A DNA stretch of 64,000 nt from Dehalococcoidia bacterium (lineage in GTDB: Bacteria; Chloroflexota; Dehalococcoidia; GIF9; AB-539-J10): the NCBI GenBank assembly GCA_030612025.1, contig JAUWOR010000005.1, positions 1 to 64,000 of the forward strand. Reading direction: 5' to 3'. The notes under the pieces are model-generated. The model worked only from the letters and a program-made list of their open reading frames with translations. It was not told the origin of the DNA and ran no database searches. Of this stretch, positions 9,781-19,376 are shown one piece after another. Each line of letters opens with the position of its first letter. The first letter of the stretch is position 1. The position numbers and the translations under genes were made by a program.

Positions 9781-10911
9781 ATGACTAAGAAAGCGATTTT
9801 AATTCTTGAGGATGGCGCAGTTTACGAGGGCTATTCCTTTGGTGCTGAAACCACCACTTATGGTGAAGTGGTTTTCGATACCAGCATGACTGGCTATCAG
9901 GAAATGCTCACCGACCCCTCATTTGCCGGTCAGATTTTGGTGCCTACTTATCCTTTGATTGGCAACTATGGCATTAACGAATCCGATTTTGAATCCAGGC
10001 AAATTCAGGTGAGAAGTTTAGCCGTTCGAGAATATTGCCTCCAACCAAGTCACTGGCAAAGCACCCGTACCTTACATGAATTTCTGCTGGCTAATGGTAT
10101 ACCTGGCATCAGTGGGATAGATACCCGTGCTTTAACCCGTCACCTACGGACAGTCGGAGTAATGATGGGAATCATTACGTCGGAAATGGCTGTTGAGGAG
10201 GCATTGAAGGAGTTAAAGGATTCGCCTAGATATGACTCTATTGACTTTGTTCACCAAGTTACCACGGAGAAGCCATATGAGTGGCAATCCAATATGCCTG
10301 TCATTGCAAACTTGCCTTCCCTGTCATTGCGAGGAGCATCAGCGACGAAGCAATCTCATATCGCTGTTATCGACTGTGGCCTGAAGTACAACATGTTGCG
10401 GCTATTGAGCCAGTTGGGCTGCCGGGTGACAGTTGTTTCTTGCAACACTTCGGCTGAGGATATCATGGAATTGAAGCCCGATGGCATTGTACTATCACCA
10501 GGCCCGGGCAATCCCGCTCTCCTTGATTACATAGTGGAGACAATAAGAAAACTGCTAGGTAAGAAACCGACTATGGGCATTGGCCTTGGGCAAAATCTAA
10601 TTGGACAAGCCTTCGATGCTAAAAGCTTAAAGCTCAAATTTGGACACCGAGGCAGTTATCCCGTCCGCGATTTGGCCACTGGCAAGGTCTACATAACTGC
10701 TCAGAATCATAGCTATGCTATAGATGCCGATAGTTTGAAAGGGGGGCTTGAGGTCAGTCACCTAAACTTAAACGATGGTACGGTGGAAGGTCTCTGCCAT
10801 CGGGATTTGCCTATCCTGTCTATTCAATACCATCCCGAGGCCTCCCCGGGGCCATTGGATAATGTGTATCTGTTTGAGAGATTTCTGGAGATGGTAAGAG
10901 AGGAGAAGTGA
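9781..10911 (+). CDS. carA: Carbamoyl-phosphate synthase small chain (catalytic Cys absent)
   Basis: GEVVF.T.MTGYQE.LTDPS, GIDTRALT, LSPGPGNP, QNH, QYHPEASPGP; GIGLGQN in place of GICLGHQ. Confidence 0.96.
   Translation: MTKKAILILEDGAVYEGYSFGAETTTYGEVVFDTSMTGYQEMLTDPSFAGQILVPTYPLIGNYGINESDFESRQIQVRSLAVREYCLQPSHWQSTRTLHEFLLANGIPGISGIDTRALTRHLRTVGVMMGIITSEMAVEEALKELKDSPRYDSIDFVHQVTTEKPYEWQSNMPVIANLPSLSLRGASATKQSHIAVIDCGLKYNMLRLLSQLGCRVTVVSCNTSAEDIMELKPDGIVLSPGPGNPALLDYIVETIRKLLGKKPTMGIGLGQNLIGQAFDAKSLKLKFGHRGSYPVRDLATGKVYITAQNHSYAIDADSLKGGLEVSHLNLNDGTVEGLCHRDLPILSIQYHPEASPGPLDNVYLFERFLEMVREEK
10298..10357. repeat. Family A repeat (nested) in-frame in carA
   Basis: CTGTCATTGCAAA...CTGTCATTGCGAGGAGCATCAGCGACGAAGCAATCTC encodes VIANLPSLSLRGASATKQS. 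Confidence 0.88.
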
Positions 10912-10921
10912 GTATTGTCAA

Positions 10922-11004
10922 TGTCATTGCGAGGAGCACGGCGACGAAGCAATCTGGAAGGTGGAGAAAAGATGAGAGTGCTTCGCCTTCGGCTCGCAAT
11001 GACA
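10922..11004. repeat. Family A inverted pair (complete hairpin element)
   Basis: TGTCATTGCGAG..GAAGCAATCT ... GTGCTTCG..CTCGCAATGACA. Confidence 0.88.
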
Positions 11005-11052
11005 CAATAAGGGGGGTGAGGTCTTTAAGTAATCTCTGGTAGGAGTGAATCT

Positions 11053-11949
11053 ATGAAACTAGAGAAAAGGTACTTTAGTCAAAAAGCGCGTCCAAAGGAT
11101 ATCATTGGTTATCTTGAGACAAATTACTTTAAAGCTCGCCAGACCCACTTAAACGAAGACGAACACCAGTATCTTATAGATACTCTTCTACTAATACATG
11201 AAAGAAGGAAAACTCTACCTTCACCTATGCGAGAACTAGGGCTTTGGGAAAAAGAAACCATGTGGAATTCATTAGCTTTCAATGAGACTATGTTGTTTTC
11301 TGTCCTCGATTACCCAGCATCCATTAGAGCATTATCTCTTTATGCTGTGTATAAGAGAATTCCAATGCAATCGTACCAATATGAGGAAGAATACGATAAA
11401 ACAATGACGCCGATTGTGAAAATGTATGAAGCTGGTGTATTTACAGATGTTTATGAAGTCAAAAACCCAAAAGTTATGAAAGGAATGGGTGAAAAGGAAT
11501 ATATTTTCCCAAATATAGAAGAATTGAAACAGATAGGGCTTGAATTGATGGATGAAGAAGCAATTAATATGTTTTACAAACGATTCGGCGAATATTTACG
11601 TAAAGAAGAATTCAAAATGCTTGCTGGAGGCGAGTCGTCTCTATTCACCTGGACCAATCTTAACAACAAGATTAGATGTTTTTGCAAAAAGATTGATAGA
11701 GCTAGGGAAGCGTTAGAGCAATACCAGAAAGACGGCGATATTGAAAGGTTTATCGCCAACTCCGGTATGGTTGACCTAACTAGCGTACAACAAAAGTATG
11801 TTCTGGAGACGTTTGTCCTTGAGAAAGCTCGTCTCGGTCTTCCCGGAGTAGAGTTGGCTACTTCTGGTAATTGGAATGAAACCGGTAAGGAAGATGCTAT
11901 AAAGCAGATTGCCAGAGAGATAACCCTTAATGCTGACTTATTATACTAA
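11053..11949 (+). CDS. Hypothetical protein (orphan, AT-rich)
   Basis: 298-aa ORF with an AGGAG SD; no recognised motif. Confidence 0.7.
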   Translation: MKLEKRYFSQKARPKDIIGYLETNYFKARQTHLNEDEHQYLIDTLLLIHERRKTLPSPMRELGLWEKETMWNSLAFNETMLFSVLDYPASIRALSLYAVYKRIPMQSYQYEEEYDKTMTPIVKMYEAGVFTDVYEVKNPKVMKGMGEKEYIFPNIEELKQIGLELMDEEAINMFYKRFGEYLRKEEFKMLAGGESSLFTWTNLNNKIRCFCKKIDRAREALEQYQKDGDIERFIANSGMVDLTSVQQKYVLETFVLEKARLGLPGVELATSGNWNETGKEDAIKQIAREITLNADLLY

Positions 11950-12037
11950 AGTGCAACCTATGTCAACGCTTCACAGGGAGAGGTAGACTAGAAGACGGTG
12001 AGGGGTTGAAGAATGGCTAAGAAGTGCTAAGAAGTGC

Positions 12038-12544
12038 ATGAAAAAGCGCCTCTTTGAGCAAGCCAAGGAAATTGAGATACAGGCCGAACCTCAAACTATT
12101 ATGCCAATGGTCGACGAGGTAGCAAGAGAATTGTGTTCTCACAATTTCTATTATGAAGCTCGAGGAGCGCCCACTCAAGAGCCAAAAGGGACTTTCGTTC
12201 GGTACAATGTTTTAGTAATGGAAACAGGAAAAGTAGGGGCTATGGCGAAACGACCAATCGGAGCTTTTACTCTCCAATCACTCGGAAGCAATAGCAATCG
12301 AACAATGTTAACAGTGCTCCCTCGCTCACGCTGGGGTAATGGTAACCTTACGCCAATGGAGCAAGCGATAATAGCGTACAGTGGGGATGAGTATGATGAG
12401 TACTTCTGTCAATTTATTAAAAGCCTGGATGACAAACTTACACACTACGGTCTAAAAGTAATGTGGTATAAAAAGGTTTGGTATGAATTAAAGGACTTTT
12501 TAGCAACTGTCATAGCTAAATTCGCAGCGGAAAAAACGAAGTAG
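12038..12544 (+). CDS. Hypothetical protein
   Basis: 168-aa ORF, co-oriented with the operon; no recognised motif. Confidence 0.65.
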   Translation: MKKRLFEQAKEIEIQAEPQTIMPMVDEVARELCSHNFYYEARGAPTQEPKGTFVRYNVLVMETGKVGAMAKRPIGAFTLQSLGSNSNRTMLTVLPRSRWGNGNLTPMEQAIIAYSGDEYDEYFCQFIKSLDDKLTHYGLKVMWYKKVWYELKDFLATVIAKFAAEKTK

Positions 12545-12561
12545 TCACTAAAGGAGCAAAC

Positions 12562-12651
12562 TTGAAACCATCTAAGGTCCTGGTGATTGGCTCGGGGCCG
12601 ATTGTTATCGGGCAGGCGGCGGAATTTGAATTTGAGGAGGTAAAGCTATGA
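12562..12651 (+). pseudogene. Duplicated carB 5' fragment (29-codon ORF)
   Basis: AAGGAG SD, TTG start, encodes [29 protein letters not shown]; TGA overlaps the next ATG. Confidence 0.9.
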
Positions 12652-12962
12652 AATCAAAAATTAGTGTATATGAAAGTTCTTTGGAGTTGCTTAAGAGCAT
12701 GATAAAGGATGTGTTTAAGGGCGAAGATGTTAGGGTTATTTTGTTTGGCTCAAGGGGAAGAGGAGATCACCTCGAAACTTCAGATATGGATGTAGGGATA
12801 CTTTCGAAGGGGGAAGTGAATAAAAGCAAAATCACTTTATTCCGGGACAGGATAGAGAATTCGAACATACCCTATAAAGTGGATGTGGTTGACCTATCCC
12901 GAGCATCCAAAGAGTTCACTCAAGTAGTATTAAAGGAGGGAGTGATAATTTGGCAAAGTTAG
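12648..12962 (+). CDS. Minimal nucleotidyltransferase (MNT) antitoxin-like protein
   Basis: LFGSRGRGD...SDMD (GS-x10-DxD), KVDVVD. Confidence 0.9.
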   Translation: MKSKISVYESSLELLKSMIKDVFKGEDVRVILFGSRGRGDHLETSDMDVGILSKGEVNKSKITLFRDRIENSNIPYKVDVVDLSRASKEFTQVVLKEGVIIWQS

Positions 12963-13351
12963 AACGAAGAATAAAGGACGTGGAGAAAGCTTTGCGAACA
13001 TTGAAGGAGATATCTTGTGAGCCTTATTCGGTAGTGGTCAGGGATGCTGCTATTCAGAGGTTTGAATATACCTTTGAGGCATTCTGGAAATTCTTAAGAG
13101 ACTATCTAAGGGAGGCTGAAGGCATTAGGTGTAACTCACCTAAGTCATGTTTCAGGGAGGCTTTGGGTGCTGGACTTATAAGCGAGGAGAAAACTGTGAC
13201 CTGCCTTGAAATGACCGATAATAGAAATCTGACCTCGCATACTTATATAGAGCAGATAGCTGAGCAAATATATAGAAAGATAGAGCAGTATTACAAACTC
13301 ATGGAGGCTATTTTTAATCTCGCTAAGGCAAAATTGCAAAATAAAAGCTAG
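12950..13351 (+). CDS. HEPN / HI0074-type nucleotidyltransferase substrate-binding protein
   Basis: RDAAIQRFEYTFEAFWK, SPKSCFR, RNLTSHTY (R-x4-H). Confidence 0.9.
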   Translation: MAKLERRIKDVEKALRTLKEISCEPYSVVVRDAAIQRFEYTFEAFWKFLRDYLREAEGIRCNSPKSCFREALGAGLISEEKTVTCLEMTDNRNLTSHTYIEQIAEQIYRKIEQYYKLMEAIFNLAKAKLQNKS

Positions 13352-13375
13352 ATGGAGTCAAAATAGAGTTTAAAA

Positions 13376-16300
13376 GTGTCTAAAATATCTAAAGTCTTAG
13401 TTATTGGTTCAGGGCCGATAATAATCGGGCAGGCGGCGGAGTTCGATTATTCCGGAACTCAGGCGTGCCGGGCTTTGCGAGAGGAGGGCATTACCACGGT
13501 GTTGGTAAATTCGAACCCGGCTACCATCATGACCGATGAGGGCATCGCCGATATTGTCTATATTGAGCCGCTTACTGTGGAAGTTTTGGCTCGCATAATT
13601 GAAAGGGAACGCCCTGATGGATTGCTACCTACCCTTGGAGGACAGACGGGGCTTAATCTGGCAGTGGAGCTGGCAAATGCTGGGATACTTGATAAATATA
13701 GTGTGAAGTCTCTGGGCACACCTATAGAAACGATAAAGAAAGCTGAGGAAAGGTCTTTATTTAAGAAGCTTCTTATCGATATTGGTGAGCCTGTGCCTAC
13801 CAGTGCCACAGTGAAGTCAGTAGAAGAAGCTAAAGGACTGGCAAAGTCCATTGGTTTGCCTCTGATTATCCGGCCCTCTTATACCTTAGGTGGCACTGGG
13901 GGTGGCATCGCCCATACTATGGAGGAACTTGAATCTGTGGTTGCCAACGGCTTGGACAATAGCATGAGCCACGAAGTCTTGGTAGAGCAGTGTGTTTTGG
14001 GCTGGAAGGAAATTGAATTCGAGGTCATGCGGGATGCTGCTGACAATTGCATTGCTGTCTGCAGCATGGAAAATGTTGACCCTATGGGGGTGCATACTGG
14101 GGACAGCATCGTGGTAGCTCCTAGCCAGACTCTTACCGATAAGGAATACCAGATGCTCCGGTCGGCCAGCCTGAGAATTATTAGAGCTTTAGGCATTGAA
14201 GGCGGCTGTAATATACAGTTTGCTCTTACTCCCCATCCTATAGTTGCAGAAAAGTGGGCTCCAGACCAAAAAGGGGTTACGGAAAGCCAGTATTACGTAA
14301 TTGAGGTCAACCCGCGCGTTAGCCGTAGCTCAGCTTTGGCTAGCAAAGCCACTGGCTATCCCATTGCCCGTGTGGCAGCCAAGATAGCCATAGGCAGAAG
14401 ACTTGATGAAATTCCCAATAGGGTTACCGGAAAAACCTTAGCATCTTTTGAGCCGGCTTTGGATTACTGTGTGGTTAAAATTCCAAGGTGGCCCTTTGAT
14501 AAATTTGCTTTGGGTGATCGAGATGTTGGCAGCCAGATGAAAGCCACAGGCGAGGTGATGGCTATTGATAGGTGTTTTGAAGCTGCTTTGCAAAAGGCGG
14601 TCCGCTCTTTGGAATTTGGCAAGCGCACCCTCCTCTGGGAGGATTCAAGATGGAGCAAAGGTGAGGTTGATTCCTACCCACTTCACCCTAACGACTTAAG
14701 AGTATGGGCGATTACGGCGGCGCTGAGAAGGGGAGCTACACCTGAGGAACTCTCTCAACGTACTGGAATAGACCCTTGGTTTATCTACAAGTTTCAGAAT
14801 ATCGTTGACATGGAGAGACGACTTCTCTCTGAGCCATTGAAACCAGAGCTTTTATGGCAGGCAAAGCGGCTCGGTTTCTCTGATGAGCAGATTGGCACTT
14901 TAGCTGATAGATTGCTGGAACAGGTGAGGCGAACTCGCCATGAGTGGCACATTTGTCCGGTATATAAGATGGTGGATACCTGTGCTGCTGAATTTGAGGC
15001 GGAAACTCCCTATTTCTATAGCACCTATGAGAAGGAGAACGAAGCTGAGCCTTTAGAAGGCAGAAAAGCTGTAGTCATCGGCAGTGGTCCCATACGCATT
15101 GGGCAAGGAATTGAGTTTGACTATTGCTGTGTCCACTCAGCCTGGGCACTTCAGGAGGCAGGCATAAAGAGTATCTTGGTTAATTCCAATCCAGAAACGG
15201 TTTCCACTGATTTCGATACCAGCGATCGTCTTTACTTCGAAGCCTTAGATGAGGAGAGCATTCGGGACATACTTGAAAATGAAGGTATTGCGAGCCAAGC
15301 GAAGCAATCTCCCCCCTCCATTGTTCAGTTTGGTGGGCAAACAGCCATCAACATGGTTGAGCCACTGGCTCGGAGTAACATGCCAATACTTGGCTCAGGT
15401 GCTGAGGCCATAGATATAGCTGAAGACCGTCACCGCTTCGAGGATTTCCTAGATAGGTTAGGCATTCTTCAGCCACCAGGGGCTGGTGTGTCATCCATCG
15501 AAGAGGCATTGAGTGTAGCTAAATCTTTGGATTATCCGCTGCTTGTCCGTCCTAGCTATGTCCTTGGTGGCAGAGCTATGGAAATCGTCTACAACGAGGC
15601 TGAGTTAATTCGCCACCTGACATTGGCTTTAGAGCTAGATAGCCAACATAAGGTGCTCATTGATAAATATCTACAAGGTAAGGAGGTTGAGGTGGATGCC
15701 GTGGCTGACGGAGAGAGAGTGCTTATCCCGGGCATAATGGAGCATATTGAAAGGGCTGGCGTGCACAGTGGTGATTCTATAGCTGTCTATCCAGGGGTGA
15801 ATTTGACCATGGACGAAGTGAGTACCATAGTGGATTATGCCACTAGAATTGGGTTAGCTCTTCAAGTTAAAGGCTTGCTGAATATACAAATGGTAATCAT
15901 GAGGGAGAATGGATCTTCATTTATATATGTGCTTGAGGTAAATCCCCGAGCTAGTAGAACTGTTCCTTTTATTTCCAAGGTGACTGGTATGCCCTTAGTG
16001 CGAATTGCTACCAAGGTGATGACTGGTGTTAGCCTTAAAGAGCAAGGTTATGAAGGTGGATTATGGAAGAGGCAAAAGTTAGTTGGTATAAAGGCCCCCG
16101 TTTTCTCTATGTCCAAGCTGATTGGAGTGGATAACTACCTTGGCCCTGAGATGAAATCTACCGGTGAAGTAATGGGCATTGATTATAGTTTTGAGGCTGC
16201 TCTAGCCAAGGCACTTTTAGCCGCTGACTTGATGTTGCCTCAAAAGGGCAGTTTGCTGCTTAGCATCGCAGATAGAGATAAAGCTGAGTCTGTACCACTT

Positions 16301-16663
16301 ATTAAAAAGTTACATTCCCTTCACTATGGTCTCTATGCCACGGAAGGCACAGCGGCCATGATTGACTCCATAGGACTTCCGGTGAGAATGGTAACTAAAA
16401 AGCTAAGTGAAGGACATCCCAATGTCATTGATGTTATTCGGGATAATTCTGTAAGTGGAGTGGTCAATACCGTTACTGGAGGGCGTATCCCGCTAAAGGA
16501 TGGATTTGATATCCGACGTGCCGCGGCAGAAAAGAGGATACCTTGCTTTACTTCACTAGATACCATTCGAGTAACTATAGAAGCGCTGGCGAGTACCAGT
16601 CAGATTTTCCATGTTCAGCCGCTTAAGGAGTATCTAAAGAGCAAAAGTAAAAATGCAAAATGA
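13376..16663 (+). CDS. carB: Carbamoyl-phosphate synthase large chain
   Basis: [28 protein letters not shown], duplicated ATP-grasp halves, C-terminal MGS domain. Confidence 0.98.
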   Translation: MSKISKVLVIGSGPIIIGQAAEFDYSGTQACRALREEGITTVLVNSNPATIMTDEGIADIVYIEPLTVEVLARIIERERPDGLLPTLGGQTGLNLAVELANAGILDKYSVKSLGTPIETIKKAEERSLFKKLLIDIGEPVPTSATVKSVEEAKGLAKSIGLPLIIRPSYTLGGTGGGIAHTMEELESVVANGLDNSMSHEVLVEQCVLGWKEIEFEVMRDAADNCIAVCSMENVDPMGVHTGDSIVVAPSQTLTDKEYQMLRSASLRIIRALGIEGGCNIQFALTPHPIVAEKWAPDQKGVTESQYYVIEVNPRVSRSSALASKATGYPIARVAAKIAIGRRLDEIPNRVTGKTLASFEPALDYCVVKIPRWPFDKFALGDRDVGSQMKATGEVMAIDRCFEAALQKAVRSLEFGKRTLLWEDSRWSKGEVDSYPLHPNDLRVWAITAALRRGATPEELSQRTGIDPWFIYKFQNIVDMERRLLSEPLKPELLWQAKRLGFSDEQIGTLADRLLEQVRRTRHEWHICPVYKMVDTCAAEFEAETPYFYSTYEKENEAEPLEGRKAVVIGSGPIRIGQGIEFDYCCVHSAWALQEAGIKSILVNSNPETVSTDFDTSDRLYFEALDEESIRDILENEGIASQAKQSPPSIVQFGGQTAINMVEPLARSNMPILGSGAEAIDIAEDRHRFEDFLDRLGILQPPGAGVSSIEEALSVAKSLDYPLLVRPSYVLGGRAMEIVYNEAELIRHLTLALELDSQHKVLIDKYLQGKEVEVDAVADGERVLIPGIMEHIERAGVHSGDSIAVYPGVNLTMDEVSTIVDYATRIGLALQVKGLLNIQMVIMRENGSSFIYVLEVNPRASRTVPFISKVTGMPLVRIATKVMTGVSLKEQGYEGGLWKRQKLVGIKAPVFSMSKLIGVDNYLGPEMKSTGEVMGIDYSFEAALAKALLAADLMLPQKGSLLLSIADRDKAESVPLIKKLHSLHYGLYATEGTAAMIDSIGLPVRMVTKKLSEGHPNVIDVIRDNSVSGVVNTVTGGRIPLKDGFDIRRAAAEKRIPCFTSLDTIRVTIEALASTSQIFHVQPLKEYLKSKSKNAK
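15287..15311. repeat. Family A half-site in-frame in carB
   Basis: ATTGCGAGCCAAGCGAAGCAATCTC encodes IASQAKQS just before the conserved VQFGGQT. Confidence 0.8.
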
Positions 16664-16739
16664 CAAGGCAAAATTTAAAAATGAAACTTTTTGCACTTTG
16701 ATTTGTCATTTTGATTTTTCATCTTTGAGTTTTAATTTT
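16637..16739. repeat. AT-rich 7-nt-period inverted repeat (family H)
   Basis: AAAAGTA AAAATGC AAAATGA CAAGGCA ... TTTGTCA TTTTGAT TTTTCAT; supplies the carB tail KSKSKNAK and its stop. Confidence 0.75.
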
Positions 16740-16744
16740 CAGGT

Positions 16745-17638
16745 ATGAAACAATCCCTGTGCGCTATAACTTCTAATGTGGAGATCTCCCCCGGCATACA
16801 CCTTATGTGGCTTGAAGCGCCCGATATAGCTGCCATAGCTCAGCCAGGGCAGTTCATTACAGTGCGCTGTGAAGGTTTAATGTTACGTCGCCCCTTTAGT
16901 GTGCATCAGGCGGATTCGAGCCGAATTGCTCTTCTGTTCAAAATAGTGGGTAAAGGCACTCTTTGGCTGGCGCAACGCCAAGGAGGTGATAAAGTAGATA
17001 TTCTCGGACCTTTGGGTAACGGATTTAGCGTCGGACCAAGTTTGAGGAACCTATTATTAGTGGCTGGAGGCATTGGTATTGCACCGCTCGTTTTTTTGGC
17101 GCAGAGTGCTTCACCGCAACACTCAATAACACTAATTTATGGAGCAAGCACGGCTAAGGAACTCTACGCATTCTCGTCGTTACCTCTCACCTTTAATTCC
17201 CCTCTCTCGAAAGGAGAGGGAAAGAGAAGGTGTGAAGAGCGAAGCAATCTCTTGTCTTTTCCTGACTCCGTTCGATTTATTCGCGTTACCGAGGACGGCA
17301 GTATGGGCAAAAAAGGCGTGGTAACCGATATACTACCTGATTTCCTGGGTTGGGCTGACCAGATATATGCCTGTGGGCCAATAGATATGTATAAGGCGAT
17401 GGCAGACCTAATTTGTCATTCTGAGGGAGCGGAGCGACCGAAGAATCTCGCTCAGGATAAAGTCCGCAAAGAGTCTAAGCTAAAGAGATGTCAGGTTTCT
17501 CTTGAAGTGCGAATGGGATGTGGCATTGGAGCTTGCTATGGCTGCACCATAAATACAAGGAAAGGACTAAAGAAGGTGTGTCACGATGGGCCAGTATTTG
17601 CATTAGACGATATTCTATGGGAGGAGGTAAGAATATGA
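16745..17638 (+). CDS. pyrK: Dihydroorotate dehydrogenase electron transfer subunit
   Basis: LRRPFS, GPLGNGF, AGGIGIAP, YACGP, MGCGIGACYGC, CHDGPVF. Confidence 0.93.
   Translation: MKQSLCAITSNVEISPGIHLMWLEAPDIAAIAQPGQFITVRCEGLMLRRPFSVHQADSSRIALLFKIVGKGTLWLAQRQGGDKVDILGPLGNGFSVGPSLRNLLLVAGGIGIAPLVFLAQSASPQHSITLIYGASTAKELYAFSSLPLTFNSPLSKGEGKRRCEERSNLLSFPDSVRFIRVTEDGSMGKKGVVTDILPDFLGWADQIYACGPIDMYKAMADLICHSEGAERPKNLAQDKVRKESKLKRCQVSLEVRMGCGIGACYGCTINTRKGLKKVCHDGPVFALDDILWEEVRI
17183..17251. repeat. Degenerate family B+A repeat in-frame in pyrK
   Basis: CCTCTCACC..CCCTCTCTCGAAAGGAGAGGG..GAGCGAAGCAATCTC encodes PLTFNSPLSKGEGKRRCEERSNL. Confidence 0.8.
17414..17476. repeat. Family A repeat in-frame in pyrK
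   Basis: TGTCATTCTGAGGGAGCGGAGCGACCGAAGAATCTCGCTCAGG encodes CHSEGAERPKNLAQDK. Confidence 0.88.
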
Positions 17639-17647
17639 CGACGCACC

Positions 17648-17712
17648 CTGTCATTGCGAGCTTTTCCTTGTCATTCTGAGCGAAGCGAAGAATCTTAAAG
17701 CGAAGCAATCTC
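17648..17712. repeat. Nested family A repeat (intergenic)
   Basis: GTCATTGCGAG[..GTCATTCTGAGCGAAGCGAAGAATCT..]AGCGAAGCAATCTC. Confidence 0.88.
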
Positions 17713-17731
17713 TTTGGAAGGAGGTAGGAAT

Positions 17732-18151
17732 ATGGCCGTAGTTACTAAAGATATCATATTGCAAACAAAGGGAAATTGCGACATCCTCGATATAACCTCT
17801 CAGGTGACGAAAAAGGTGGAGGAATCGGGGGTTAACAGCGGCACAGTAACTTTGTTCATAAGTGGCTCAACAGCAGGAGTAACAACTATCGAATATGAAC
17901 CAAGGCTTCTTTCTGATTTTAAAAGCATGTGGGATAGAGTAATACCTCAAAATATCCCCTATGAGCACAACAAAACTTGGGGAGATGGAAATGGCCATTC
18001 CCATGTCCGTGCCTCTATGCTCGGAGCCTCACTGACCATACCTTTTGTAAACAAAAGATTGACCTTGGGCACCTGGCAGCAGATAGTTTTCCTCGACTTT
18101 GATAATCGCCCAAGGTCGCGTAAGATGGTGCTCCAGATTATGGGCGAATGA
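17732..18151 (+). CDS. YjbQ/UPF0047 family protein
   Basis: GSTAGVTTIE, DGNGHSH, LGTWQQI...DFD; AAGGAGGT SD. Confidence 0.92.
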   Translation: MAVVTKDIILQTKGNCDILDITSQVTKKVEESGVNSGTVTLFISGSTAGVTTIEYEPRLLSDFKSMWDRVIPQNIPYEHNKTWGDGNGHSHVRASMLGASLTIPFVNKRLTLGTWQQIVFLDFDNRPRSRKMVLQIMGE

Positions 18152-18663
18152 AACCGGGCTAGAATATGCCTATCTCACCGGTGCCGTGCTCACCAGCATT
18201 GCTTCTGTAACCGCGGCGATTCGCTAATTTCATATCTGGGGCGATGCAGATACCAGAAACACTGGCTGCGATTCTCTCAGATTACTGGGAGGTAATCGCA
18301 CAAAATACAGGTTTGTCCTTGAACCAGGTTGCAGAGCAGGCATTGGTGGCACCAGCCAGATGCTGTCTTAAAAGACACAGGTCAAGTTAGCACAGGCACT
18401 GAAATAGCGGAAAAACGCCAGGTTTCCAGCATCGAAGAAGGGCTTGTTGAGAAAGCGTTTGCCTTCTTGCCGGAGCTCTCACGGATACTCAGAGATAAAT
18501 ATGGTTTGTGAAAAGGGTAGAGTGTCGATGCATAAGCTACCTTTGGTGGCAGTTTGATTTCTCCCCCAAAAGTGTTTGACAATTTAGTGTAAAATAAACA
18601 TTAGAGCGGTTGGGAAGCGGGAGAGGCAACAATAATTCTCCCATCTCTAGTAAGGAGCGTAAC

Positions 18664-19317
18664 ATGAAAGTATTAGGTATCATGGGTAGCCCCAGAAGGC
18701 AAAGCAACACTGAGATTCTTCTTGACAAGGCACTCGAAGGTGCCACGGAGGTGGGAGCAGAGGTGGAAAAGGTAGCAGTTTCGGGACTCAAAATCTCACC
18801 ATGCCGGGAAATATATGCTTGTCTCGAAGACGGCCACTGTGCCATTAAGGATGATATGCAATGGCTCTACGAGAAGCTTCTGGAAGCAGACCATATTGTT
18901 TTTGCTTCGCCTATATTCTTCTATGGCATTACCAGCCAGGCAAAGGCGGTAGTGGATAGATGCCAAGCGCTTTGGGTGGGAAGACATGTGCTGGGTATAG
19001 GGAAGGAGGACAGCCGAATAAGGAGAGGAGTCTTTATCTCAGTGGGCGCTACCCGAGGTGAAAAACTCTTTGATGGCGCAGTGCTCACGGTAAAATACTT
19101 CTTTGATGCCATTGGTGTGAAATATGCCGGTGACTTGTTAATTAAAGGAATTGATGGCAAAGCTCAAATTAAGGAGCATCCTATGGCTTTGCAGGATGCC
19201 TTCCATCTTGGTCAGCAGCTTGTGCATCCAGATAGCATATTGAAGGATTACCACCAATGCTCAGCGCCGAATTGCAACGAGCTGTTGAAGCCAGCGAAAG
19301 GGAAATCATGCAGATAG
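18664..19317 (+). CDS. Flavodoxin-fold NAD(P)H-dependent FMN reductase / iron-sulfur flavoprotein-like protein
   Basis: GSPRRQSNT, PCREIYAC.....C..KDDM, ASPIFF; AAGGAG SD. Confidence 0.88.
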   Translation: MKVLGIMGSPRRQSNTEILLDKALEGATEVGAEVEKVAVSGLKISPCREIYACLEDGHCAIKDDMQWLYEKLLEADHIVFASPIFFYGITSQAKAVVDRCQALWVGRHVLGIGKEDSRIRRGVFISVGATRGEKLFDGAVLTVKYFFDAIGVKYAGDLLIKGIDGKAQIKEHPMALQDAFHLGQQLVHPDSILKDYHQCSAPNCNELLKPAKGKSCR

Positions 19318-19376
19318 GGCTATAGAAATAAAACACAACGAATGAGCTTAGAAGAAGTAAAAGTAGGAGGTGAATA

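Noticed and set aside
17638-17732. Absence of pyrD after pyrK as a pathway loss
   Set aside because: pyrD, pyrE and pyrF may lie elsewhere in the genome, and this cannot be judged from one window.
18152-18511. Possible decayed gene between yjbQ and the redox cluster
   Set aside because: There are only short broken frames with no family I can recognise.
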